A DNA stretch of 64,000 bases from Schmidtea nova (taxonomy: Eukaryota): assembly GCA_044892505.1 (NCBI GenBank), contig CM097882.1, positions 331,638,001 to 331,702,000 of the forward strand, written 5' to 3'. Shown piece by piece: positions 1 to 12,006 of the stretch; position 1 is the stretch's first letter; each line of letters begins with the position of its first letter. A program made the translations under genes and the position numbers. The notes beneath the pieces were generated by a model. It worked only from the letters and a program-made list of their open reading frames with translations. It had not been told where the DNA came from and searched no databases.

Positions 1-229
1 TCAACATAGGTTATGTTACCAAATGTTCTGCTATTAAGGTTTATGATATCATTTTATAGTAAAAAATTATCAATTTTACTTTAGAAAAAGTATATTTCTT
101 ATTAAAAATATGTTCAAGTGAAAAGCCTTTGGGATCAAAAACCATCACATAAAGGGTTCTGTTACCAAAGATGCTGTTATCAAAGTTCTATCACTATGAT
201 AAATAAATGACTAAATGCATCACACGATA

Positions 230-1040
230 CTGGGTGCGTAAATACACATGATAAATTATCATAATATAGAAATCATTACATACAAAATATTTTATACAGT
301 ATAGTAAAAACATACACACACGCAAAATATATAAAAATTTATGACATACAGACAAATTATCATCACATTATAGTGCAAAACACACATGAAATATCATTAC
401 ATACAAGAATTACACACAAAGGATATCATCACATACATACAAAATAAACACACACATACAAAATCGAATCACAAAATGTCATCATACTATAGTGTAATAG
501 CATCTAAAATACATCAAAAATATACAAAATATCAAAAATACATAGAAAATCAACAAAGATGCACAAAAATATCAAGAATACATAGAAATTCATCACACAG
601 AAAATATCAAAAATACAGAGAAATTCATTACACACACAAAATATCATCACATATATGAAATATCATCACAAAATGTCATCATACTTTAGTGCACTAACAT
701 TAAAAATACACCAAAAATCATCAAAAGTACACACAAAATATCAGAAATATTTAGAAACTTATCAAGAATTGCAAACAAAATATCAAGAATACATAGAAAT
801 TCATCACATACACACAAATCATCAAAAATACACAAAATATCCAAAACACATGAAAATCATCAAACATGCACACAAATTATCAAAATATACATAGAAATTC
901 ATCACACATACAAATATTATCACATATATGAAGTATCATCACAAAATTTTATCATACTATAGTTCTAAAACATAGAAAATATATCACAAATCAACAAAGA
1001 TACACAGAAAATATCAAAAATACAGAGAAATTCATCACAC
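230..1040. repeat. Degenerate A/C-rich low-complexity satellite
   Basis: Recurrent units such as aaaatatcaaaaatacatagaaattcatcacac. The ORFs called here are compositional artefacts. Confidence 0.75.
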
Positions 1041-1118
1041 TTGCCAAGCGTGTCTTTTAGGCATTTAATCGCCGCTCTTTAGGATTGGCAATATTAAAGC
1101 ACATGTTCTTTATCTTGT

Positions 1119-1689
1119 NNNNNNNNNNNNNNNNNNNNNNNNNNNNNNNNNNNNNNNNNNNNNNNNNNNNNNNNNNNNNNNNNNNNNNNNNNNNNNNNNN
1201 NNNNNNNNNNNNNNNNNNNNNNNNNNNNNNNNNNNNNNNNNNNNNNNNNNNNNNNNNNNNNNNNNNNNNNNNNNNNNNNNNNNNNNNNNNNNNNNNNNNN
1301 NNNNACCTTTGATCTTTTTTTATTATTATTATCAATAATTCTCATAATGACTATAGATCAAATTTTTTTTATAAACAATAACACAATATTTCGGCACAGC
1401 CTTTATCAAGTGTTTATTTATATTTATACACACTTGATAAAGGCTGTGCCGAAATATTGTGCTATTCTTTATAAAAAAAAAATTTGATCTATAGTCATNN
1501 NNNNNNNNNNNNNNNNNNNNNNNNNNNNNNNNNNNNNNNNNNNNNNNNNNNNNNNNNNNNNNNNNNNNNNNNNNNNNNNNNNNNNNNNNNNNNNNNNNNN
1601 NNNNNNNNNNNNNNNNNNNNNNNNNNNNNNNNNNNNNNNNNNNNNNNNNNNNNNNNNNNNNNNNNNNNNNNNNNNNNNNNNNNNNNNNN
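1119..1689. other. Two assembly gaps (1119-1304, 1499-1689) flanking a short island
   Basis: Runs of N. Confidence 0.99.
1347..1498. repeat. Near-perfect foldback palindrome (possible MITE or collapsed inverted repeat)
   Basis: Left arm atgactatagatcaaattt...acaatatttcggcacagcctttatcaagtgt is the reverse complement of the right arm acacttgataaaggctgtgccgaaatattgt...aaatttgatctatagtcat, around a short AT loop. Confidence 0.85.
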
Positions 1690-1784
1690 AAATATTATTA
1701 GTAATAAAAATAATATTAAATAAAATAATACTTATAAAATATTAATAAAAAATAATAAGATATTAATAGTAATAAAAAAAATCT

Positions 1785-2215
1785 AAAATGGCGCCAAAAA
1801 ATTTAAACATTTACTGTATTTAAACAAAACGGCGGTAAAATTCAAAAATTGCGCCAAAAAAATAATTATTCATTTACTTTATTTAAACAAACGGCAATAA
1901 AATTAAAAAATGCGCCAAAAAAAAATTATTCATTTACTTTATTTAAACAAAACGGCGGTAAAATTCAAAAATGGCACCAAAAAATTAAAATTAAAACAAA
2001 AAATGACCTTGACCTCGAAATGACCTTGACCTTTGACCTTGACATCGAAACGACCTTGACCTTTGACCTCGGTTACGTAAACATGATATCATAATTCGTG
2101 TGCTATGTAAAGGCCGAGAAATATTATGTAATAACGTGTGTGCTATGTAAAACCCGATAGTTACGTAACCATGTGTGCTATGTAAAGTCCGAGCAATTAC
2201 GTAATATACACACAT
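1785..2215. repeat. Modular tandem-repeat block: ~65-bp GCGCCAAAAA units, TGACCT(T) array, GTGTGCTATGTAAA units
   Basis: 3-4 copies of aaaatggcgccaaaaa...aaacaaaacggcggtaaaattc, gaccttgacct repeats at 2004-2070, three gtgtgctatgtaaa units. Confidence 0.8.
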
Positions 2216-2279
2216 GGGGGGTAGTGGTTCTTACTCCTCACTGCCTCCTACTCATTTTGATTATTATTTTAAACCTAAT

Positions 2280-4800
2280 TTTCGGTATAGATGACTTCGT
2301 TCTATTAACCTACGGATGTAGAAAAATTCTCAGTAGAGTTGAAATTGATTAAGTAATTTATTTTAACTAAATTTAATGTCTAAGTCAATCACATTTAAAT
2401 TTCCAGGAATTTTTTGAACTGAGATGCAAACAATATTCCTATTGGAAATTTTACTATTCAGAGGAAGCGAAGATCTATTTCAGGATTATCTTTCCCCTCG
2501 TCAGAAATGGATTATATTCTATTGACGGATGTTTATCTCCTAATCTTAATCTCGTTTCGTGTACATCTCGTCCCGATTTGCCTATTAGACACTGAAAATT
2601 TGCCTGTATCCCGATGACCACATTTGAACTGATGTCGAATAATAAATAAAGTTTTATTTGTCCCGGTTTTAGTTATTTGTGCCAACCCGGTATTGTCATT
2701 TCCACAGCTTTGCGGTGTCTTCTTATTTGGCAATAAATTCATTTAAATTCTCCAACAAAAAATAATTATAATCCCGATTAAAGTTGATGCAACCTGAAGT
2801 GATGTGGTACAGCGTTTTAGTGGTAGTTTTTATTTAACTAGTTTACATGTCTATATAATATATCTGTATATTAATCTATAAGTACGTTTATATATCTAAA
2901 TAACATATCTATATAATACTTTAAATCTACTTTTATATATCTATACATGTGATGGCTTTCGTGCCTTAGTTTTTCCAATTTACCTTTCACAGGACGTTAT
3001 AAAACATTATAAGGGTAAACTATAGGTGAATTGGTTGAATTTTATATTGAGTACGATATATATTGCCGCTTATAAACTACGTCTCGCTACTTACCAGTAC
3101 TACCATCCACGTTGGAGAAATTTTAAGTAAAAATCGAATTGTATGATGATACGAATTACTATTTTAATGGTTCACTAAGATTTAGGCTAAGTAGAGGAAT
3201 TCTGATTGTGATGAGTTACGGCATGAGATGTTGTTTGATGCAATGATGAATTCGATTTAACGATATAAATGAGTAAAAATTTTTATGGAGAGTCACTGAG
3301 TGAGGTGATTGATAACTGGATCTTTACATAGATTTTCCGGATGTAGTATGCTGATTGTATGTGACCGTATGTTGAAATGAATGTTGGATGAAAATAAGTA
3401 ATTTAGTGATGGGTGAGATTGGGTGAGATTTGCTGGATGTATGATGCAGATAAGTACTATTGAGTGAAACAATATAGTGTGTGTGTTGATAAATGAATGT
3501 ATTTTTATACATATTAGATATGAATGGTGCTAATGAGTGGGATGGATGTTGTATTTTGCAAAGAGGATTTTATGGGTTAATTTGGATTTTTATATGGGAT
3601 GAATTATGAATTTATGATTATACGAATATACAAAATAATATTTTTAAGAAATCTTATGAACTTTTTGCAATTTAATATAAAATTAAATTTCGATTTTTAG
3701 GAAAATTTATATAATTTGTAAAATTTTAGATTTCACTTTTTGTATTTTAAATTCTAAATTTTATAATATGAAAATTTTTAATAATAAATTCAAGATATAA
3801 AATTTGTAATAAAATTTTAAAATAAAAATAATTCAATAAAATTTATAAAATAATAAAATTTTCTAATTAGCAAATTTTCTTTTTATCATAACATAATCCG
3901 ATTTCAACACCTTTTGTGTATTAACATTTTTGATGATAGGTTCTTTAGAAGCTAAATTTCGTTTGTATGCGAATTCTCCAAACGAAGTACACACGAATTT
4001 TTCGGAATACCTCGCTTGAAGGCTTCGAATACCCAAAATTAGGTTTAGAAACAAAACTAATTTTTATAAATAGTTTCAGATAAAAATGAGGTTCCACTGG
4101 ACCATTTAGTTTTTCTTTATGTGATCTAGCATACTCTGAACATTATTTTTTCTCTTGTAGCTGTTGATAATACGAGTTTTTTCAAAGTTAATTTTCAGAT
4201 GATTTGTGGATTCTTTTGAAACGAGACGAAAAGATATTCATAGGACGAAGGTGAAATCACGAGAATTGCATATTTTCCTGCATCTTTTAGAATATCGACA
4301 TTCTGTGTGTTTATGAATACTCAATAGATTTTGGTGTATAGATAAAAATAGCTACAATATTATAATATAAATAATTTTTACTTTGAACAAAACCTTGCGC
4401 TTGGCCAATCTACTACTTATCATATAACCAGGTATGAGATGAAGGGTTTTTATATGTTTGCGCTCACTTCAATGAAAATATGGATCAGAACACTGAAAGA
4501 ACTCCAACGAACTGATGATTCACGAAAGCGACTAATGACGGTACAACGACTAGGTGAACCATCATCAGAAGGTTTTAATTAGAAAAAATATAAATATGTA
4601 TATAAATAAATAAATGAATATCAATATAAGTATGTTAGGTTGTGAGAAAATATGATCAAAGTAAAAATAAAACTTGAATAGAAAAAATTATAATAATCAT
4701 TACATATTTAACCGTAAGATAACACATTATCAAACTTCAAATAAAAATGAAAATCAATCAGAATCCTACGGCAGGGTAACATGGTATGATTGGACGGAAA
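2280..4800 (-). mobile_element. Interior fragment of a subtype-II TG..CA element (colinear with J and K)
   Basis: Shares blocks with 20170-22070 and, reversed, with 42500-48560: GT-rich tract, gaatttttcgg block, cttgcgcttggccaatc (CAWPI) block. Termini not seen. Confidence 0.6.
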
Positions 4801-5350
4801 TAATTGATTTTACTATGCTTTAGATTTTTATCGGAAAAATTGAGAGAAAAATTTATTTTAAAACGCTGCCGATCACCTTAATCGATACCCGATTTGAATT
4901 TAAAATTAGAAAATCAAAAGCAGGAACACTTGCTGAAACACTTCTAGAACTTTAACCCTCTTCAAAATGATTGAATTTGATTCTGGTTCGGTTTGGGATC
5001 CACCATTTGGTCCACATTTGACATAAAAATAATAATAATAAGAAAAACAAATAAGAATAAAGAAATATTAATGTACTTAAATAAATATCAGTAAAAATGA
5101 ATTAAAAGTAATAAAAAATATTAATTTAATATCAAAAATTAGAAGAAAATAAATGGAAAATGTCAAAATGTTAAAGAAAAAATGATATTTAATTATATTT
5201 AAAGCAAAATATAAAAAGTAATAAAGGAAAAAGAATTACTAAAATTCTTAAATCAAAATAAGAAAAGTTAGCGATTTAAAACAAATTAAATCGATTTTAC
5301 TTTTTAGAAAAATTTATTATTTATATTGATATGATGATCAGCTTCAAGCT

Positions 5351-5385
5351 GATTGGTCCAAAATTTGATCTGGTCAGTATAAATA
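5351..5385 (+). promoter_or_regulatory. Inverted CCAAT (GATTGG) plus TATA box, copy A
   Basis: GATTGG 5351, TATAAATA 5378. Same 27-29 bp spacing in four other copies. Confidence 0.7.
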
Positions 5386-5676
5386 CTGATCCAGATTCAG
5401 ATGAATTAGCATATTTTTGAGCATAGCAATTTGTTAGCATAGCATATTTTTTAGCATAACAAATTTTTAGCGCATTATAGCATTATCAAATTTTTGAACG
5501 ATCATTTGATACTGACATTTTACTGTTAAATTCTTAAAGATTTTTTGTGCAGAAATTCAAAGGTATATTTGATTTAATTTTGTTTTCTGTTATGATGATT
5601 TCTGTCACCATTATTTAAATATGAATAAATTTTTTGAAAGTTTATATGATTTACTTTTTGAATCTAGAATAATTTA

Positions 5677-5960
5677 AGCTTCTTCCACTGTGTGATCGGT
5701 GGAAGGAGACGACGATATTTATATGTTTATTTATATTTTATTGAGCTTCTTCCACCGTGTAATCGGTGGAAGGAGGCAACATTATGGTATTCAAGTAGCA
5801 ATTAGATATGAGTATAACTTTTATAAACAATTTTTTGGTCGAGCTTCTTCCACTGTGTAAACGATGGAAGGAGGCGAATTTATGTTATGTAGAGTAGTTA
5901 CTGTAGTTATATATATTATTCAAGGGGCTCCGATCACCGTGAAATCGGTGAAATGGAGGC
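5677..5960 (+). repeat. Array of four ~34-bp GC-rich hairpin repeats with AT-rich spacers
   Basis: agcttcttccacYgtgtRatcggtggaaggagRc at 5677, 5744 and 5842, plus a variant at 5926. Confidence 0.9.
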
Positions 5961-6745
5961 ATACTGTGCCGAGTAGAATGACTGCTCCGTACAGTTAGGC
6001 CGTCCGACCGGTGTAAAAGCGCCGCAGGGAGGGTAGGATTTTTACTAACCATGATCACTAACAATTTTTATTACTGGATAGTATAACCAGCTGGAGTTTT
6101 ATTTTATGATAGATTTGGTTATTATGAATTCGAATTTAAGTTTGATTTGGTTATTATGAATTCGAATTTAAGTTTGATTTTTAACAATAATAGATGTGAT
6201 TATTATTGACCTGATTTGACATTTGGTTAGTAAAATAGTATCCTATTTTTTGATTGTCACATCTGGGGTTTGTGGGCACAAAGCGGCAGATACAATGTAT
6301 AGAAATTCGTACAAAATACACCTTCTAACACAACAACATCAAAGAAAAATCGATAACTTTAATAGCGTAGTGATCTACCACGCAAGCAGAATATTATCAA
6401 TAGGCTAAAGGATCACATATTCAACACATATAATTAATATAATTGATTATCCTGAACCCTGTACATAGGGCAGTAGATCATAGTTGTATCTTTAATAATT
6501 TATTATCCTGATTGCTGTACATAGCACAGGCGTGAATAAATAAAATATATTATCAAATGAATGTATCTGATCGCTGTACATAGCGACAGTGTTGAAAGTA
6601 TAATATGAATATCATTTTCTTCTCCTGAATTGAAAACTAATGGACGTAAAAAATCATGAGATATATTTAAACCAGAGAAACCTAGTTCATATTAATATTA
6701 AATTCTAGAAAAATTTCATTCCACTCAACAACTCCTCAAACAGAA

Positions 6746-7303
6746 TTGGACAAGGCATGGCGTATTATCCGCAGCCTGGAGAAAGAGATGTTGCGAAAAT
6801 CCGAAAAGATAAAAGAAGCCGATGTTATGATTTCAAATTTAAAGAAGAGCTGGTTAAGTCCAGAGCAAATGAAGGCGCAAATTATCAAAAATCAACGCTC
6901 ACAGCGAGCAAACGACGAAATAAAGTTGGAACTGGATGCGACTAAGATGGAGCTGAAGAAATGCCTAAAATCAGTGACAGCTGCTTATCTCGACCAGGAG
7001 TTAAGACAACTCATCAGACCAATTACCTATCAGCATTGGGCTGAAGAGAAATCAGGATGTTCGAAAGGAACGAATACTGATGAACCATCTCAGGTTCAAG
7101 CAATAACAGCATCAAACACACCAAAAAGCGCTACAAATCCAGAAGTCAAAAAGAAGAAGAAGAGTAAGATGGGCGCGCGTCAGCGTCGATGGAAGAAGCA
7201 AGTACTTCAACAATTGGCACAACATTCAAAAGAAACTCCGGAGATCGATTTGACAATGAACTTTGTAGTTTCCGACGAAGACATTATTAAATATTTTGAA
7301 TAG
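6746..7303 (+). CDS. ORF2-family orphan protein (coiled coil, ELRxLIRPIT motif, Arg/Lys-rich segment), open frame; true start uncertain
   Basis: 185-aa ORF aligning by eye with the ORFs at 15868, 18196, 40225 and 44994. Confidence 0.8.
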   Translation: MDKAWRIIRSLEKEMLRKSEKIKEADVMISNLKKSWLSPEQMKAQIIKNQRSQRANDEIKLELDATKMELKKCLKSVTAAYLDQELRQLIRPITYQHWAEEKSGCSKGTNTDEPSQVQAITASNTPKSATNPEVKKKKKSKMGARQRRWKKQVLQQLAQHSKETPEIDLTMNFVVSDEDIIKYFE

Positions 7304-7637
7304 GGATTTTGTGATTTAGTTGTGTAAATTTTCGCTTATTAAATAATTTTTGTTTTGTATTTATTTTATTGTAAAGTATATGAAATAAAGTGATTTATTA
7401 AAGATTTAAAATAATTTAAATGAAAATATAGATTATAACTAACAATAGGATTGACATAAATATAATCTACAATAAGAGTATTAAAGAGATAACATATTAT
7501 AATTGATTAATGATTATTTGTTGATATTGTAAAGAAGGGGGCTGAAAGAAAAGTTAAAAGTTGAAACATTGTAAAGAGAAGGGGGCAGAAAGGAAAATTG
7601 AATTAAAAGATAATGAATGCGGATAGATTAAAGTAAA

Positions 7638-7888
7638 GCGTAAGTCCTTCTATCGGCAGCGAGACGAACCCGTGAACATAAATGGGGAGTAGTTTTAGCA
7701 ATAGAGCTCACCTTCCCATCATTGTTCAAACACCTTGCACATTTCCAACTCGATTATTACAGGGAAATGGTCGAAGGTGCTCGTGTGATATGTAAGCATT
7801 TTATGTTAGGTCTTGGATGGAGGAATCCCTAGAGCGTTTAATAATTGTTTTATCTTTTTGTTTTAACCCATCCAAAAACACCACAACA
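7638..7888 (+). ncRNA. 3' structured RNA module, copy A
   Basis: gcgtaagtccttctatcggcagc block; GTTTTA-GCAA-TAGAGC hairpin; TTGGATGG/CCATCCAA terminal stem. Confidence 0.7.
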
Positions 7889-8091
7889 CACTTCTAGAAC
7901 TTTAACCCTCTTCAAAATGATTGAATTTGATTCTGGTTCGGTTTGGGATACATTTACTTAGACATTATCCTTGAATAACGTAGTTTAATTTGATATTAAT
8001 AAATATATATTGATGTGATTCTTTATTTTAATCACCGATTTAAAATCTTAGTGAATGTTTACAGATTAACTATTGATTATGGGACAAATGG

Positions 8092-8316
8092 GCAATAAAC
8101 TTTCTATCGGTAGCCCTTGAACCCATTGTGATGTTCATTCAATCATAGTTTCGATTTTTCAACGCTCACTGTTTGCGAACATCCATCCATTTGTTGCATT
8201 ACCAACGTTACATTATGACGGGCAACAAGATGGGTTTGCCTAATGTTTTATGTATTGAGTTGTTGATGATGAGCCACAGCAACATCAAAGTCAGGTTGAT
8301 GGTCAACAGCCCACCA
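8092..8316 (+). ncRNA. 3' structured RNA module, subtype II (copy I), ending CCCACCA
   Basis: ctttctatcggtagccc block; CATTA-CC-AA bulged hairpin; homologous to 19520-19741 and 49065-49286. Confidence 0.65.
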
Positions 8317-8595
8317 GGTGCTTAATGACAACAGGTAAATTTTGTCTGATGACCACTTGGCTAAATGATAAATCAAGTTTACGTATAATTCACAATAATT
8401 AGTATAGAAATTCTTTTTGCTTCTCAAATATTTTTTATTATTTTAATTTTTTTGGAAAATATTTATTTTTCATATTTATAATAAACAAAATAATTTCTGT
8501 TATATCAAATCGTGTTAGTAAATGTATCCTATATTTAACACAATATTAAATAAAATATTTGTTTTAGTAAACTTTAATAGCTACATAATTGAAAG

Positions 8596-8612
8596 ATGTC
8601 TGAAAGGGATTA
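8596..8612 (+). CDS. Rab1-like exon 1
   Basis: ATG TCT GAA AGG GAT TA|gttagt, then a 49-nt intron. Confidence 0.75.
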
Positions 8613-8661
8613 GTTAGTTTTTCAATATTGTTAAAAATATTTTAAATTAATTATCATCCAG

Positions 8662-8734
8662 TAATTTTGTATTTAAAATTGTTATTATTGGAGATGCTCA
8701 TGTCGGAAAAACCTCACTGCTTTCTCGATTTACA
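8662..8734 (+). CDS. Rab1-like exon 2 (P-loop GDAHVGKT)
   Basis: ccag|T AAT TTT GTA TTT AAA ATT GTT...TTT ACA|gttagc. Not in the ORF track. Confidence 0.9.
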
Positions 8735-10044
8735 GTTAGCTTTTATTGAAAATTATGTCAATTTTAATATGCATTTGTAGTATATGATATCCGTAAATGC
8801 TATAACAAAGTGATTCTGATAATTTTAACATTTAATGGTATATATAAAATATCAATATCTACAAATAATTGCATCACTACATTGCCGTCTTTTAGGTCAT
8901 ATGTCGAATATACTTAATTCGTTCAATTAAAACATTTTTATCATTAAAAATCACTCTGCGAAAGCATATTTTTTTGATAATCCATATTCTAATATTTTTA
9001 AGATTGTTTAATTTGCATTGGTATTACGATTGGTTAAAATTCTTTAATGCATTGGCTTAGTACTAAATGGATAACACAACTTTAGTTTATCACTTAGCAT
9101 AATTAGTTTATCACTTAGCATAATTCGTTAACCGAAGTTGGAAATGTGACACAGGCCGATGAGTGTCCTCAAAAATTATTTTTCATTTCTAAAAGTGAGA
9201 CTGAAATACTTTGGATTCATGGATTATCAATGAAAATTTAATGTCAAAGATATCTGGTTCCATTAAGTCATATTCTAAATCATCATTATATTATAATAAA
9301 TCATCATACCACATAACATTTTCGGCAATATTTCGGTTTTTTATAATGTTTAAACTTAATTCTTTTAAATTATATAAACCATTAAATTTTAGTTCTTCTG
9401 GCCATTTTTCAGCCATCCTTAGTTCTTGACCATCCAGTTAAACTTTCAAAATATCACCATTGTATTCATCACATAAAATTCTATCGATACACATCAAAAC
9501 ATTATTTTTTTGTAATATTTTCAAGATTAAAATAAAACATAAGCCAAATGTGTTAGGTCAATTTTTCCCCGTTTATACTGCACATGGTCAGTAAATATGC
9601 ATCCGAGTAAGCCAGAAATTTGTAAACCAAAATTGTTCAGACTAATTTCTTCATGCATAAATTTGTATAAGGACTAATTTTTTGCACAATTATATTGTAT
9701 ATGGCGTGATACAATTACCAGAATTATTGCGGTTGTCCAGTATTTAACAGATTTAAGAAGACATTCAGTGAAAAGTATGTAGCCTGAATTTCCGTATATA
9801 ATTTTTAAATATTTAATAAAAAAAGTTATGTTAAGAGGTATTATTATTTTATTTGTAATTCTAATTTATTATACGATATTACATGAAATTCCAAATGACA
9901 TAAATTTCCGTCATCCATCGCCAATTGTTGATAAATAAATGACGGGAATTCACATGTCCCGTCTTCAAAGTGTTAATAAGGCAATGTTTAGCTTTTTATA
10001 GGCGATTCTGATATATTACATAAAAGGAACAATGGAAATTTCTT

Positions 10045-11325
10045 GGTAAAGGTAGCGTATGGGAGGGCCAATTTTTAAAATTAAATAATTAATAAAAATT
10101 TATTAAATAAATTGATATTATATTAAAAATAAGTTATATTATATTAAAAATAATTAAAAAACTAATTACGACAAAACAAGAGTTTACATAATAAAAACCA
10201 CATCAAAGCAAAATTAATGTGATACATATAAAGTAAAGTAAAAATAGACAATCTCAAGACAAATTTAATACCACCATATTATGTTACCATATTTTTTTCT
10301 TGCATTGTTTCCATAAAGATATTAAATACTGCTCGATCATGAACGAACCGCCTTCTCCAAATAAATTCATCAACGTAGCTTGGTAAAAACGAATTAGGAG
10401 AACCGAACATGTACTTGAATTTACGTTTGCATAAGGCCCAAGAGCCTTCAATACTATTGGTATGCGCGCCTGTAACTGGATCGATGAAGTGCAAAGAATG
10501 ATTGACCCATTGATGTTCGTAAGGACCTAGTAGTGCGAGTGGTGTAGGATGAGAAGTGTTTCGATTCGGCCCCCCGTATACGTTGCATATTCATCCGACC
10601 AAATCAATGTCCCTGGCAAAACTACTCCCCTAATAATCGGGAATATAGTTTCCTGTTTTCTATCTCTCACAAATTCCAAATGTACATTTTTAGTAGCTTC
10701 ATCGAAGATACCAAACACCCAACCTGCAGCGGTGTTCCCCCTTGGCTCCCCTCTATGGTGCTTCAAACGCATGAACTTGGATTCATCGATCTGCACTCTA
10801 CGTCCAATACCACCGAATACCAAAGGCTCTCGTAACAATTTCCAGCTACATAGATCTCTGAAGTACTGAAACCACTGTACTATTGCTGTTTTGGATATTC
10901 CAGTGTACAGTTTCACTTGTTTGATTGATGTTTCTGCGCTCCAAAAATATACCAATTCAACTAGTTGACTAAGCGGCAAACGGGAAGTTTCAAAATAACT
11001 CCCATGTGTAACGTACCTTTTCTTCCGGTGTGAATTATTTCGTGTTCTATCACGACATTCGTATAGGTATTTATTCAGTACATTGTTTTCTGCTACCAAT
11101 TTCATGTTCCTTCCGCAAATTTCACATAAAGGTGGACCTTTAATAAGGCCATTATTTTCGCAAAACGTTATGCATTCTTTTGCATCGTTTGTAATTGCAT
11201 ATAATTCTTTTAACAGCATGGTTATTTATAATAAAGTTTATAAAATTTATAATATCAATTTATTTAATAAATTTTTATTAATTATTTAATTTTAAAAATT
11301 GGCCCTCCCATACGCTACCTTTACC
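10045..11325 (-). mobile_element. Merlin (IS1595/ISXO2-like) DNA transposon
   Basis: 78-bp perfect TIRs starting GGTAAAGGTAGCG; 8-bp TSD AATTTCTT at 10037 and 11326. Confidence 0.95.
10279..11219 (-). pseudogene. Merlin/ISXO2-type DDE transposase with one frameshift near 10540-10570
   Basis: VQIDESKF, WVFGIFD, IWSDE, then in a shifted frame HQWVNHSLHFIDPVTGAHTNSIEGSW and YVDEFIWRRR. Confidence 0.9.
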
Positions 11326-11573
11326 AATTTCTTAAAAGTTTTTGAAATGTTGGCGAAATTTGAACAAGTTATTTCAAATTATATTAATAATATTAATTTC
11401 ATTACAAGTTTTTAAAGGTGATTCTATATCTAATGTTGAAGCAGATGACTTTTAAAATGAATTAATGATGTACAAAATCATTAATGATGATATTATTTAT
11501 TCTTTAAATAATTTGTAATTTATTGAAGCAAATAATTTAATTTCATCACTTTCAAACTTTCCTGTAGTTTTAA

Positions 11574-11577
<4 letters not shown>

Positions 11578-11650
<73 letters not shown>
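11578..11650. repeat. (TA)n microsatellite; others at about 16747-16812, 17379-17402, 47609-47633 and 49341-49357
   Basis: Direct reading. Confidence 0.95.
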
Positions 11651-11651
<1 letters not shown>

Positions 11652-11838
11652 CCCTATCAGTTTGCTTAATAAAGTACCACTGAAACACTTTACTAACGTT
11701 TCAGTTTAGGGGTGATATACTTGTTCGGTTGTGCTTTCATGATTTTCCACTGTATTTAGAATTTCCTATCAGGCTAGGGTCACGCATACCCATATATTCC
11801 TCTTTGTATATAAGTTAGTAATGTTTCTAATTGCAAAT

Positions 11839-12006
11839 CTAGGGAACCTGTTTTGCGCGATCGAGTTTCTCTTTTACCAGATTCATCGCGTAGGGTGATA
11901 AGTAACTACTCTTTAATTGTAGAATCCGTCGTTTCAAGTGTCCAATCACTTTCGACGCCTCGGGTTCTTTTCTGCATTCGGTAACTACTACTCGGCTCGT
12001 AGGCAT
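11839..12006 (-). pseudogene. ORF2-family N-terminal fragment (copy H)
   Basis: Translates MPTSRVVVTECRKEPEASKVIGHLKRRILQLKSSYLSPYAMNLVKEKLDRAKQVP*, matching ILKRRVVELEGTYF*PADM (B) and LKKSWLSPEQM (A). Confidence 0.65.

Larger units (their letters stand above)
5000..7888 (+). mobile_element. TG..CA element copy A (subtype I); 5' end uncertain
   Basis: A-rich leader, GATTGG/TATA promoter, intact ORF2, 3' structured block ending CAACA. Bounded by a 62-bp direct repeat (4938-4999 = 7888-7949). Confidence 0.75.

Noticed and set aside
386-1723. ORFs in the first 1.7 kb and the IYIYIY ORF at 11497-11688
   Set aside because: They derive from low-complexity repeats, N runs or a TA microsatellite
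4512-4527. Hammerhead-like core CTGATGA-TTCAC-GAAA
   Set aside because: Stems I-III cannot be closed, the homologous copy near 42890 has TAAA, and the text lies in a conserved reading frame (RTDDSRK)
4949-4960. TTTAACCC as a telomeric repeat indicating Penelope/Athena-type elements
   Set aside because: Isolated single motifs; TTAACCC also marks piggyBac ends here; no RT, GIY-YIG or valid hammerhead was seen
5677-5960. Calling the hairpin array a true CRISPR
   Set aside because: Eukaryotic context, no cas genes and irregular spacer lengths; kept only as a repeat array
7681-7710. GTTTTAG...AGAGC resemblance to a Cas9 repeat/sgRNA
   Set aside because: Other copies change this stem freely; coincidental
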